Source: Candidatus Eiseniibacteriota bacterium (GTDB lineage: Bacteria > Eisenbacteria > RBG-16-71-46). From it: a stretch of 25,795 nt of DNA. Below the pieces are notes generated by a model that did not search any database, was not told the DNA's origin, and saw nothing but the letters and a program-made list of their open reading frames with translations. Each line of letters opens with the position of its first letter. The first letter of the stretch is position 1. The position numbers and the translations under genes were made by a program. The stretch is from NCBI GenBank assembly GCA_044222065.1, contig JBGAOA010000061.1, positions 1 to 25,795 of the forward strand, given 5' to 3'. Below are positions 9,015 through 21,469 of the stretch, piece after piece.

Positions 9015-9877
9015 ATCACCGCCACGAGTTCGAGCCAGCCGGCGACGTCCTTCACGACCTGGTCGCGGATCGTGTCCGTGAAGAGGTCGTGGTAGGCGTC
9101 CTTGTAGGTGATGAGGCGCGATTTGCCGTGCGGCGCCGCGGCGTTGAACTCGAGCGAGCCCTTCGGATCGGTGAGCCGGTCGGCGGCGCCGTGGAGCAAC
9201 AGCGTCGGCACCGCGAGCTGCCGCGCCTCGCGCATCACGCGCGACTGCGCCTCCTGCATCGCGAAGTAGAGCCGCGGGCTGATGACGTAGCCCATCAGCG
9301 GATCGGCCTTGCGCGAGCGCAACACTTCCGGGTCGCGCGAGACGCCGCCCTCGTCGAGGCCGTGCGGGAACGGCGCCGCCGGCGTCGTCACGCGCGCGAC
9401 GTTCGCGAGCGCGAGCTTCCACCACGGCGGCATCGCGTTCTTGATCGCGGCGCCCGAGACGACGACGCCGTGGAGCGTGCCCGGGTGCGCGAGGCCGTAG
9501 TCGAGCGCGAGCAGGCCGCCCATGCTGTTGCCGAGCAGCACGTGCGGCAGTTGCGCGGGCTGGCCCGGAATGCCGCGGAGCGCGGTGAACATCGCGGGCA
9601 CGGCGTGGTCGCGCACCGCGATCCACGACGGCATGTCGCCGCGCGGCCCGTTCGTCTGGCCGTGGCCCGGCAGGTCGAGGCACACGACGCTGAAGCGTGC
9701 CGCCGCGAGGTCCGAGGCGAGCGCCGCGTAGCGGCCGCTGTGTTCCCCGAGGCCGTGACAGATCGCCACGAGGCCGCGCGGGTTCTCGGCGCACCACACG
9801 CGCCCGGGCAGCACGGTGCGGCGGTCCACGTGCACGTCGATCGTCGTCGCTGGAACTCGTCCCTGAGTCGGATCCAT
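9011..9877 (-). CDS. Alpha/beta hydrolase, lysophospholipase/monoacylglycerol lipase family
   Basis: CHGLGEHSGRY, DLPGHG, nucleophile motif GNSMGG, HGAADRL (Asp) and YHDLF (His). The start could be 9877, 9889 or 9916. Confidence 0.9.
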   Translation of the reverse strand: MDPTQGRVPATTIDVHVDRRTVLPGRVWCAENPRGLVAICHGLGEHSGRYAALASDLAAARFSVVCLDLPGHGQTNGPRGDMPSWIAVRDHAVPAMFTALRGIPGQPAQLPHVLLGNSMGGLLALDYGLAHPGTLHGVVVSGAAIKNAMPPWWKLALANVARVTTPAAPFPHGLDEGGVSRDPEVLRSRKADPLMGYVISPRLYFAMQEAQSRVMREARQLAVPTLLLHGAADRLTDPKGSLEFNAAAPHGKSRLITYKDAYHDLFTDTIRDQVVKDVAGWLELVAVM

Positions 9878-9939
9878 GGGCGCGGGCATCTTCGCCGATA
9901 TCGGCCGGAATCGCATCCCGATTCAGCCCCGCGTGCGGC

Positions 9940-9969
9940 TTGTTCGCGCGCGCGAGCGCCGCGTAGACT
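9940..9969 (+). promoter_or_regulatory. Candidate sigma70 promoter for amrB
   Basis: TTGTTC (9940-9945), 18 nt spacer, TAGACT (9964-9969), 46 nt upstream of ATG 10016. Confidence 0.4.
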
Positions 9970-10015
9970 GCCGCGTTCCCGCGTCGCCCCTCCACGTTTC
10001 GTTGCGAGATCGCCG

Positions 10016-11365
10016 ATGTCGCTCATCGATCCAGAAGAGAAGAAGCCCTCGCGTCTCATCGTGCCCGGCGCCGAGCCCGAGGCGGGCGAAAGCACCCCGA
10101 AGATCATCCTGCCGCCCGGCGTCACCCGCGAAACGCCCGACGACCTGCCGGAGTACCCGAAGCTGCGCCCGCTCGTGCTGATGCCCGCGAGCGACGGCCA
10201 GCGCGAGTTGCTGCTGATCCGCGACCCGCTCGGCGTGATCGAAGGCCAGCCGGTGCTCGGCATGGAGGCGCTCGGGATCCTGCAATTGCTGGACGGCAGC
10301 GTGTCGCTGAACGACATCAGCACGGCGCTCACGCGCGAGAGCAAGGACATCCGGGTCGCGAACATGGTGCGCGACTTCATCGCGCAGCTGGACCAGATGC
10401 TGCTGCTCGAGTCGCCGCGCTTCGAAGCCGCGTACCGCGAGCTGCGCGAGAGCTACCACCGGCTCGAGATCCGGCCCGCCTCACTCGAGGGTCACTCCTA
10501 CCCCGCCGACGCGGCCGAGCTGCGCGCCGAACTCGATTCGCACTTCGCCGCGGCCGCCGCGATCGCGCCCGGGGCGGCGAAGCGCACCGCGCCTCCGCGC
10601 GCACTGATGGCGCCGCACCTGGACCCGCGGCGCGCGGGTGCCGCGATCGCGCGCGCGTTCGCCGAGTTGAAGGGCACTGGCGACGAACCGCTGCGCATCG
10701 TGATCTTCGGCACCGGACACCAGATGCTCGACGACAAGGTCGCGCTAACGCGCAAGCACTTCCAGACGCCGCTCGGAAAGGCCGCGACGGACCTCGCGTT
10801 CGTGGACGCGGTGGCGGCGAAGCTCGGCGAGGCCGCGTACCACGGCGAACTCGCGCACCGCGACGAACACTCGATCGAGTTCCAGGTCGTCTACCTGCAG
10901 CACGTGCTCGGGAGCCGGCCGTTCACGATCGTGCCGATCCTGTGCGGCGGATTCCACGCGCTGCTGGACGACAACAGGACGCCGAAGGACGACGCGACGT
11001 TCGAGGCGATGATCGGCGCCGTGCGCGCGGCCGAAGCCTCGCTCGGCGGCCGCACCGTGTACGTGGCGGGCGTGGACTTCTCTCACGTCGGCCCGCGCTT
11101 CGGCGACGCCGCCGTGGACGAGCGCATTCAGAAGGAAGTCGAAGAGGTGGACCGCCACGCGATCGAGTCGGCGGTGAAGGGCGACGCCGCGGGCTGGTTC
11201 GAGGCGATCGCCGAGCAGGGCGACATCACGCGCATCTGCGGTTACGCGCCGACGTACGCGATGCTGCGCTGCGCCGAGCCCGGCGCCGGAACGCTGCTCC
11301 ACTACGAGCAGTCGGCCGAGAAGGACAGCACGATCGTCAGCATCGCGACGATGGTGTGGGGGTAG
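10016..11365 (+). CDS. amrB: AmmeMemoRadiSam system protein B (MEMO1 family) with N-terminal extension
   Basis: Motifs IRPASLEGHSYPAD, MAPHLD, IFGTGH, FQTPLG, HRDEHSIEFQ, IVPILCG, GVDFSHVGPRFGD and RICGYAP. Confidence 0.9.
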   Translation: MSLIDPEEKKPSRLIVPGAEPEAGESTPKIILPPGVTRETPDDLPEYPKLRPLVLMPASDGQRELLLIRDPLGVIEGQPVLGMEALGILQLLDGSVSLNDISTALTRESKDIRVANMVRDFIAQLDQMLLLESPRFEAAYRELRESYHRLEIRPASLEGHSYPADAAELRAELDSHFAAAAAIAPGAAKRTAPPRALMAPHLDPRRAGAAIARAFAELKGTGDEPLRIVIFGTGHQMLDDKVALTRKHFQTPLGKAATDLAFVDAVAAKLGEAAYHGELAHRDEHSIEFQVVYLQHVLGSRPFTIVPILCGGFHALLDDNRTPKDDATFEAMIGAVRAAEASLGGRTVYVAGVDFSHVGPRFGDAAVDERIQKEVEEVDRHAIESAVKGDAAGWFEAIAEQGDITRICGYAPTYAMLRCAEPGAGTLLHYEQSAEKDSTIVSIATMVWG

Positions 11366-11386
11366 ACGGGGCTCGGCGGACGCGCG

Positions 11387-12289
11387 CTAGCGGCCCGGTC
11401 GGGCCCGCCGCCGGCGACCGCCCGAGGCGCGCACGAAGGCCGGCAGCGTCTTCATCGTCTTCGGGTCGTACGCCCAGTGGAACTCCAGCTCGTACGCCAT
11501 GGACTGCGCGAGCCCGTTCAGATCCGGGAACAGAGTCGCGGGCGTGAGGTTCATGTCGTACAGGCGCCGCAGGGTCTCGTCCCGCATCGCACTCGTTTCG
11601 AGATCGATCCGGACGAGCAACGTCTCCCGGGTCTCGTACAGGCCGATGATCTGATCGATGGAGCGGTCGAGGACGCCCGGAATCACGAACGAGCCTGATT
11701 GCGCGATCAGCCGCTGGTTCATGATGCGCGGCTCGCCGAGCACGACGAACGGTCGCCGGGACTCGAGGAAGTCCCGCTCGTAGCTGCCGGCCACCCAGGT
11801 TCCGACCTTGTCCGGATCGAACGCGCGACCCGCCACCCGCCGCGGGCCCGGGCCGTTGAGGAACGCCGCGTTGATCGCCCACACGGAGGCGGTCTTCGCT
11901 CCGCGCTCGAGGGCGAAGTACAGGGCGACGTACGGAGACCACGTGACGTCGAGCAAGCGCGTCGGCGCGCCGTGGTGCTGCATGATCGAGAGCCACTGAA
12001 AGGAGTCGCCCTCGGGCGGCACGTGCTGCAGAAAGAGATGCGCCTTGCGCTGAAAGATCCGGAACGCTCGGGCTTCCTGTCGCACCCAGGCGTCGCGATG
12101 GATCCCCGCGAACTTGAGGTGGCGGACGAGGCTGCTCTCGAGCGGCCATTCCGCATTCGACTGCCCTCGGAATCCCCAGCTCCGGAAACGTTCCGAAGTG
12201 ACGAGCGCCTCGAACTTCTTCCAACTGGAGATTCGTACGACCTCGAACGCCGGACGCTTCCGGCTCGCGCGCGGACGCACGTCGGCCAA
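11387..12289 (-). CDS. FRG domain-containing protein
   Basis: Motifs WGFRGQS, MQHHGAPTRLLDVTWSPYVALYFA, NQRLIAQSGSF and TLFPDLNG. Start proposed at TTG 12289, 5 nt after the upstream stop and preceded by GAGGTAGG. The ORF-track extension to 12622 overlaps the neighbouring gene. Confidence 0.9.
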   Translation of the reverse strand: MADVRPRASRKRPAFEVVRISSWKKFEALVTSERFRSWGFRGQSNAEWPLESSLVRHLKFAGIHRDAWVRQEARAFRIFQRKAHLFLQHVPPEGDSFQWLSIMQHHGAPTRLLDVTWSPYVALYFALERGAKTASVWAINAAFLNGPGPRRVAGRAFDPDKVGTWVAGSYERDFLESRRPFVVLGEPRIMNQRLIAQSGSFVIPGVLDRSIDQIIGLYETRETLLVRIDLETSAMRDETLRRLYDMNLTPATLFPDLNGLAQSMAYELEFHWAYDPKTMKTLPAFVRASGGRRRRARPGR

Positions 12290-12294
12290 CGCGC

Positions 12295-15265
<2,971 letters not shown>

Positions 15266-15293
15266 GCGCCGCTCGCGCCCGCAGGGAGTCGCC

Positions 15294-17219
15294 ATGAACA
15301 ACGCCGACGTCGCCCGTTCGCTCGCCAAGCTCGCCACGATGCTCGAGATCGACGGCGCGAATCCGTTCCGCGTGCGCGCCTATCGCGAGGCGTCGCGCAT
15401 CGTCGAGTCGCTCGCCGAGCCCGTCGAGTCGGTCGCGACGCGCGAAGGCGCGCTCGAGGCGATCAAGGGCATCGGCAAGGACCTCGCGGCCAAGATCCGC
15501 GACCTCGCCTCGACCGGCACGACGGCGATGTTCAACGAGATGAAGGACCGCGTGCCGCTCTCGGTCGTCGAACTGACCGAGCTGCAGGGCCTGGGGCCGA
15601 AGCGCGTGAAGACGCTCATGGACGCGCTCGGGGTGCGCGACCGCGACGCGCTCGAGCAGGCGGCGAAAGCAGGCAAGCTGCGCGACCTGCCGGGCTTCGG
15701 CGAGAAGGTTGAGCAGAACGTCCTCAAGGCGCTCGCGACCGCGGCCGCCTACTCGGGCCGGCTGCTGCTCGCGGGCGCGTGGCCCGTCGCGCACGCGCTC
15801 GCCGAGCGCGTGAAGCAGGTGCCGGGCGTGAAGCAGGTCGAACTCGCGGGCTCGTTCCGCCGCCGCAAGGAAACGGTCGGCGACCTCGACCTGCTCGTCA
15901 CGGGCGGCGACGCCGAGGGCGTCATGCAGGCGTTCGTCTCGCACGCCGACGTCGTGGACGTGCTCGGCCGCGGCGACACGAAGTCGAGCGTGCGGCTCCG
16001 GAACGGCCTGCAGGTGGACCTGCGCGTCGTGCCCGAGGCGTCGTTCGGCGCGGCGCTGCTCTACTTCACGGGCTCGAAGGAGCACAACATCGAGCTGCGG
16101 AAGCTCGCGATCGAGAAGGGCTGGTCGCTCAACGAGTACGGCCTCACCAGGGCCGAGAAGACGATCGCGAGCCGCACCGAGGAGGACGTGTACCGCGCGC
16201 TCGGCCTCGCGTGGATCCCGCCCGAGCTGCGCGAGGCGCGCGACGAGATCGCGCTCGCGCGCGATCGCCTGCTGCCGCGGCTCGTCGACGAGCGCGACCT
16301 CGTCGCCGACCTGCACGTGCACTCGGACCGCAGCGACGGCCGCGACACGCTCGAGACGATGGTGCGTGCCGCGAAGGCGCGCGGCTACGAGTACGTCGCG
16401 ATCACGGAGCACTCGAAGTCGCTCACCGTCGCGCGCGGCTTCAACGAAGCTCGCGTGCGGAAGTCGGTGGACGAGATCGCGGCCGTGCGCCGCCAGGTGC
16501 CCGGCATCGAGGTGCTGCACGGGCTCGAGGTGGACATCCTCGCCGACGGCGCGCTGGACCTCGACGACGACGCGCTCGCGCTGCTCGACTGGGTCGTGAT
16601 CTCGCTGCACTCGCGCCTCGATCAGCCGGGCCCGGTCGTGACGGAGCGCGTGCTCCGGGCGCTCGACCACCCGGCCGTGTGCGCGATGGGCCACCCGAGC
16701 GGGCGCCTGATCGGCACGCGCGACGGCGCCGCGCTCGACTTCGAGCGCGTGTTCGCGCGCGCGTCCGACCGCGGCGTGTGGATGGAGATCAACAGCTCGC
16801 CCGACCGGCTCGACCTGTCGGACGTGAACGCGCGGCTCGCGAAGTCGTACGGGCTGTCGTTCGTGATCGATACCGACGCACACGCGACGACGCACTACGA
16901 CAACATCCGCTACGGCGTGTTCGCTGCGCGGCGCGCCGGGCTCGAACGCTCGGACGTCATGAACGCGCAGCCGTTCGCGCGCTTCCGCGCCGCGCTCGAA
17001 GCGCGCCGCGCCCGCGCGCGCGGCCCGGCGCCGAAGCCGGCGGTAACGCCCACGGCGCCCGCGGCCCCCGCGTCGAAGGCGCCCGCGAAGCGCACGGCCC
17101 CGCGCCCGGCGCCGAAGGCGGCGGCGTCGAAGTCCCCCGCGGGCGCCCGGAAGTCCGCGGCGCCGAAGCCCGCGCGCGCGAAGAAGTCCGCGCCGAGGAA
17201 GCCCGGCCGAGCGCGCTGA
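15294..17219 (+). CDS. polX: DNA polymerase/3'-5' exonuclease PolX (PolX + PHP) with basic C-terminal tail
   Basis: NPFRVRAY, GIGK, GLGPKR, AGSFRRRKETVGDLDLL, QVDLRVV, YFTGSKEHN, LNEYGL. PHP motifs DLHVHS, TEHS, GHP and DTDAH are present. GGGAG RBS. Confidence 0.96.
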   Translation: MNNADVARSLAKLATMLEIDGANPFRVRAYREASRIVESLAEPVESVATREGALEAIKGIGKDLAAKIRDLASTGTTAMFNEMKDRVPLSVVELTELQGLGPKRVKTLMDALGVRDRDALEQAAKAGKLRDLPGFGEKVEQNVLKALATAAAYSGRLLLAGAWPVAHALAERVKQVPGVKQVELAGSFRRRKETVGDLDLLVTGGDAEGVMQAFVSHADVVDVLGRGDTKSSVRLRNGLQVDLRVVPEASFGAALLYFTGSKEHNIELRKLAIEKGWSLNEYGLTRAEKTIASRTEEDVYRALGLAWIPPELREARDEIALARDRLLPRLVDERDLVADLHVHSDRSDGRDTLETMVRAAKARGYEYVAITEHSKSLTVARGFNEARVRKSVDEIAAVRRQVPGIEVLHGLEVDILADGALDLDDDALALLDWVVISLHSRLDQPGPVVTERVLRALDHPAVCAMGHPSGRLIGTRDGAALDFERVFARASDRGVWMEINSSPDRLDLSDVNARLAKSYGLSFVIDTDAHATTHYDNIRYGVFAARRAGLERSDVMNAQPFARFRAALEARRARARGPAPKPAVTPTAPAAPASKAPAKRTAPRPAPKAAASKSPAGARKSAAPKPARAKKSAPRKPGRAR

Positions 17220-17341
17220 GCGCGCCGTCGGCCGCGATTTCGCGCTCATCCGCCGGCGCGTTTCGGCCGACAACACGGACGACTCGGGCGCCCGCCCCAC
17301 TCCGGGCTCGGGCGCGACCGGCTCCGGCCTCGGACACGCGC

Positions 17342-19510
17342 GTGAACGCCCCTGCCCTCGAACCCCGGGACGACGAGCAACTGCGCCGCACGGCACAGCT
17401 CGGACTCGTCCGCCGCTACCTGCCGAACAGCCCGGTGTACGTGCTGACGCTCGGGCTCCTGTACCTCGCGACGCCGTACCCGTTCGAGCAGCCGCGAGTG
17501 TTCGCGTGGATCTTCGGGCTCACGGCGTTCGCGAGCGTCGCGCGCCTCGCGCTCGCCCTCGCGTTCGACCGGCTGTACGACCGCCACCCCGTGCTCTGGA
17601 GCCGCGCGTTCTTCGCGCTCACCCTGCTGCAGGGGCTCGTGTGGGGCGTGTTCGCCGACCGCACGCTCACGTTGTTCGACCTGTCCCCGACGACGCTGAT
17701 GCTGTTCATCTGCACGGGCGGGCTCGCGGCCGCCGCCGTCGAGGCATTCTCGCCGAGCCTTCCGCTGCTCATCACCTACCTGACGGCGTTGTGCGGCCCC
17801 ATCACCGTCGCCGCGTTCCAGTCGTCGAGCAACGTCGGCGCGTCGGTCGCGGCGCTCACGGTACTGTTCCTCGGCATGCTGATCGTGAGCGGCCGTCGCG
17901 CGAGCTACGAGTTCTGGCACAGCGTTTCGCTCGCGCGCGAACTCGAGGCCGAACGCCGCCGGCACGCGACGTCGATGGAGAACGCGCGCGACGAGGTCCG
18001 CGCGACCTCGCGCACGCTGGCGTACGTGAGTCGCGAGGTGCGGACGCCGCTCAGCAGCATCGTCGGGTTCGCGGAAGAGCTGGAAGCGGCGCCGCTCGAT
18101 CCCGCGCAGCGCGCGCGGCTCCACGCGCTCGTCGAGAGCGCCGAGGCCCTGCAGCTCACGCTCGGCGACCTGCAGGACCTGTCGCGGCTCGAGACCGGCG
18201 AGCTCGCGCTCGACCAGTCGCCGTTCGATCCGTGCGAGGTCGCCGAACGCACCGTGATGTCGTTCCGCGCCCGAGCCGCCGCGGCGGGCGTGCGGCTGCG
18301 CATCGAGCCCGCGACCGGCGCCCCGCGCATCGTGCTCGGGGACGCGCAGCGCGTCCGCCAGGTGCTGTCGGCGCTCGTGGACCGGGCGCTGCGGACGAGC
18401 GAGGGCGGCGACGTCGTCGTGAGCGCCTCGAGCGAGGCGACCGCGGCCGACGCCGGGAACGGCGGCGTGTGCCTCATCGCACTGCGGGTGAGCGCGAGCA
18501 CGGCCTACCCCGGCAGCCTCGACTTCGATCCCGGCGCGAACGGCGCCGAGGCGCGCGACCTGCTCGAAGTGGGACCGCGCGTCGCGCACCTGCTCACGCG
18601 GCTCATGGGCGGAAGCCTCTCGTCCCACCACGACGCCGAGCACGGCGTCACGGCGACGCTGACGCTCGAGCTGCGCGCCGCGCGCACCGAGGACTCGGGC
18701 TCGGACTCGTTCCTGAACGGCAAGCGCATCCTGCTGCTCGGCGAACACGAGGTGGACCGCACGGTGCTCGCGGCGCAGCTGCGCAGCTGGGGCGCGCGCG
18801 TCGCGAGCCTCGTGCTCGGCGCCGAGACGCTCGACCTGACGTGCGGCGACCGCGACCTCGTGCTGATCGACGCCGACCTCCAGGTCGAACGCGCGATCGA
18901 GCTGGCGCGCGAAGTCTCGGGATCGTGCGCGCATCCGGTGCCCGTGCTGCTGCTGTCGTCGGTCGCGCCCGCGGCCGGCGAGGTGCCGCTCGTGTGGATC
19001 GAGAAGCCGACGCGCCTCGGACCGCTGCGCGAAGCGATCGAGGCCGCGCTGCGCGCCGGGCCGCGGTCCGCGCGCCGGCCCGCGGTCGCGTCGTGGGAGG
19101 AGCGCGTGCCGAGCGGACGCGTGCTGCTCGTGGACGACGACCCGATGAACCGCATCGTCGCGCGCACGATGCTCGAGAAGCACGGCTACGAGGTGATCGT
19201 GGCCGTGAACGGACGCGAGGCTCTCGAGAGCTGGCGCAGCTGGAACCCGGACCTGATCCTGATGGACGTGCAGATGCCGAACACGGACGGGTTCGAGGCG
19301 ACGCGGCGGATCCGCGAGGCCGAGTCGCAGAGCGACCGCACCGTGCCGATCGTGGCGCTCACCGCGAACGCGATGCCCGGAGACCGCCAGCGCTGCATCG
19401 ACGCCGGCATGGACGACTACATCCCGAAGCCGTTCACGCACGAGGCGCTGATCGAGCCGGTTGCACGCTGGCTCGCGGGGCGCGACTCCCGCACGAAGCG
19501 CGTCGCCTGA
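17342..19510 (+). CDS. Membrane-bound hybrid sensor kinase-like protein (TM sensor, degenerate HisKA/HATPase, two REC domains)
   Basis: About six TM segments, then VSREVRTPL, DLSRLETGEL, GDAQRVRQVL, RLMGG; REC1 (KRILLLG...DLVLID); REC2 (VLLVDDD...ILMDVQMPNTDG...IVALTANA...KPF). Start at GTG 17342 is a best guess. Confidence 0.88.
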   Translation: MNAPALEPRDDEQLRRTAQLGLVRRYLPNSPVYVLTLGLLYLATPYPFEQPRVFAWIFGLTAFASVARLALALAFDRLYDRHPVLWSRAFFALTLLQGLVWGVFADRTLTLFDLSPTTLMLFICTGGLAAAAVEAFSPSLPLLITYLTALCGPITVAAFQSSSNVGASVAALTVLFLGMLIVSGRRASYEFWHSVSLARELEAERRRHATSMENARDEVRATSRTLAYVSREVRTPLSSIVGFAEELEAAPLDPAQRARLHALVESAEALQLTLGDLQDLSRLETGELALDQSPFDPCEVAERTVMSFRARAAAAGVRLRIEPATGAPRIVLGDAQRVRQVLSALVDRALRTSEGGDVVVSASSEATAADAGNGGVCLIALRVSASTAYPGSLDFDPGANGAEARDLLEVGPRVAHLLTRLMGGSLSSHHDAEHGVTATLTLELRAARTEDSGSDSFLNGKRILLLGEHEVDRTVLAAQLRSWGARVASLVLGAETLDLTCGDRDLVLIDADLQVERAIELAREVSGSCAHPVPVLLLSSVAPAAGEVPLVWIEKPTRLGPLREAIEAALRAGPRSARRPAVASWEERVPSGRVLLVDDDPMNRIVARTMLEKHGYEVIVAVNGREALESWRSWNPDLILMDVQMPNTDGFEATRRIREAESQSDRTVPIVALTANAMPGDRQRCIDAGMDDYIPKPFTHEALIEPVARWLAGRDSRTKRVA

Positions 19511-19578
19511 GTCGCGGCGGCGCGCCCGTCGGAATCCCGGCCGGAAGCGCGCGGGGCGCGTGCTACCCTCTGCGCGCC

Positions 19579-21405
19579 ATGACTCGCTCACTCCTCGCTC
19601 TGCTCGCCCTGTCGTGCGCCGCCCCGGCCCTCGCCGCCGCGCCGCCGCCCTCGCCCGCCGCGGCCAAACTCGCGTCCTCGCTCGCGCAGCGCGCCGCGAC
19701 GGCGCCCGAATCGCGCGCCGTCGTGTGGGTGCGCTTCACCGACCGTGCCGGCGCCGAGCGCGATCCGCGCTCGCTCGAGGCGGCCCGCGCGGCACTCCCG
19801 GCCCGGACGCTCGACCGCCGCACGCGGCGCGGGGCGTTCCATGGCGCGGACGCGTCCGACCTGCCCGTGCACGCGCCGTACGTGCGGGCGCTCGTCGAGC
19901 GCGGCGCGCGCCTGCGCGGCACGAGCCGCTGGCTGAACGCGGCGAGCGTCGAGATCCCGGCGCGGCTCGCGGGCGAGTTCGCGCGGCTGCCGTTCGTCGC
20001 GGACGTGCGCGAGGTGCCGGTCGGCGCCTCGGCGATCCGCGCGCGACGCGACGCGATCGAGACGCCCGAGCCGGCCGAAGCGACGGCGCTCCGCGGTACG
20101 CCCGCACCCGAGGCGATCGCGCTCGCGCCCGGCGAATCCGCGTACTACGGCGGCGCGCTCCGGCAGCTCGACCTGATGCAGGCGACCGCACTCCACGCGC
20201 AGGGATTCTCGGGCGCGGGCGTGCTCGTGTGCATGCTCGACGCCGGCTTCCGCACCACGCACCGCGCGTTCCAGGGGCTCGACGTCGTCGCGACGCGCGA
20301 CTTCGTGCACCGGGACGCGAACGTGGACGACGAAGCGGGCGATGCGCCCGGCGCGCACTCGCACGGCACGATGACGCTCGGCTGTGTGGCGGGATCGCTG
20401 CCGGGCACGTACTCGGGCGGCGCGTTCGGCGCGAGCGTCGCGCTCGGCAAGACCGAGGACATCGGGAGCGAGACGCCGGCCGAGATGGACTACTGGCAGT
20501 TCGGCGCCGAGTGGGCCGACAGCCTCGGCGCGGACGTGATCTCGTCGAGCCTCGGCTACTTCCAGTTCGACAGTCCCTACCCGTCGTACACGTACGCCGA
20601 CATGGACGGCCGCACGACGGTTGTGACGCTCGCGGCCGTCGAGGCGATGCGGCGTGGCATCACCGTGCTGAACAGCGCGGGCAACGAGGGCTCGACGGCG
20701 TGGCACTACGTGATCGGCCCCGCCGACGCGGACACCGTGATCGCCGTCGGCGCCGTGGATTCGTTCAACGTCGTCGCGTCGTTCTCGTCGCACGGGCCCA
20801 CCGCCGACGGCCGAACGAAGCCCGACGTCGTCGCGATGGGGCGCCGCGTGCTGTGCGTTTCGCCGAACGACGACTCGACCTACGTGCGCGTGAACGGCAC
20901 GTCGTTCTCGTGCCCGCTCACGGCCGGCGTCGCGGCGCTGCTGCTCGAAGCGCATCCGACGTGGCGGCCCGTGGACGTGCGCGATGCGCTGCGCGAGACG
21001 GCGCTCAACGCCGCGACGCCCGACAACGACATCGGCTGGGGGCTCGTGCAGGCGCTCGCGGCATCGGTGTGGCAGGGCACGACCGCGGTCGGAACGCCGC
21101 CGATCGGAGCCGCTCGCCTCGCGCTCGCCGCCTCGCCGAACCCGGCCGTGGCCGGGGAGCGCGTCGCGATCCGTCTCGCGCTGCCGCGCGCGGCGCACGT
21201 GCGCGTGGACGCGCTCGATCTCGCGGGGCGCCGCGTCGCGCGCGTGCACGAGGGCCCGGCCGACGGCGCGCGCGCGATCGCGTGGAGCGCTCGCGGCGAC
21301 GACGGATCGCCGCTCGCTCCGGGCGTCTACTGGCTGCGGCTCGCCGCGCGTTACGACGGCGGCGGCGAAGCGACCGCGCTCGCGCGCTGCGTCGTCGTGC
21401 GCTGA
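19579..21405 (+). CDS. Secreted S8 (subtilisin-like) serine peptidase with C-terminal FlgD-Ig/T9SS-like domain
   Basis: Signal peptide and prodomain (SRWLNAASV). Catalytic Asp (MLDAGF), His (HGTM), oxyanion Asn (SAGNEG), Ser (NGTSFSCP). C-terminus SPNP...DLAGRRV...W...PGVYWLRL. Confidence 0.94.
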   Translation: MTRSLLALLALSCAAPALAAAPPPSPAAAKLASSLAQRAATAPESRAVVWVRFTDRAGAERDPRSLEAARAALPARTLDRRTRRGAFHGADASDLPVHAPYVRALVERGARLRGTSRWLNAASVEIPARLAGEFARLPFVADVREVPVGASAIRARRDAIETPEPAEATALRGTPAPEAIALAPGESAYYGGALRQLDLMQATALHAQGFSGAGVLVCMLDAGFRTTHRAFQGLDVVATRDFVHRDANVDDEAGDAPGAHSHGTMTLGCVAGSLPGTYSGGAFGASVALGKTEDIGSETPAEMDYWQFGAEWADSLGADVISSSLGYFQFDSPYPSYTYADMDGRTTVVTLAAVEAMRRGITVLNSAGNEGSTAWHYVIGPADADTVIAVGAVDSFNVVASFSSHGPTADGRTKPDVVAMGRRVLCVSPNDDSTYVRVNGTSFSCPLTAGVAALLLEAHPTWRPVDVRDALRETALNAATPDNDIGWGLVQALAASVWQGTTAVGTPPIGAARLALAASPNPAVAGERVAIRLALPRAAHVRVDALDLAGRRVARVHEGPADGARAIAWSARGDDGSPLAPGVYWLRLAARYDGGGEATALARCVVVR

Positions 21406-21423
21406 ATCGTCCGCGAACGCGAA

Positions 21424-21452
21424 GGCCCCGGAGCGTGACGCGCTCCGGGTCC
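21424..21452. terminator. Hairpin between convergent S8 peptidase and pruA
   Basis: GGCCCCGGAGCG-TGACG-CGCTCCGGGTCC stem-loop. Confidence 0.6.
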
Positions 21453-21469
21453 TCGTGCGTTGCGTCGCG

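Noticed and set aside
18032..18034. H-box CGC as a single sequencing error of CAC
   Set aside because: The N, G1 and G2 boxes are also degenerate, so one base error cannot explain the pattern.
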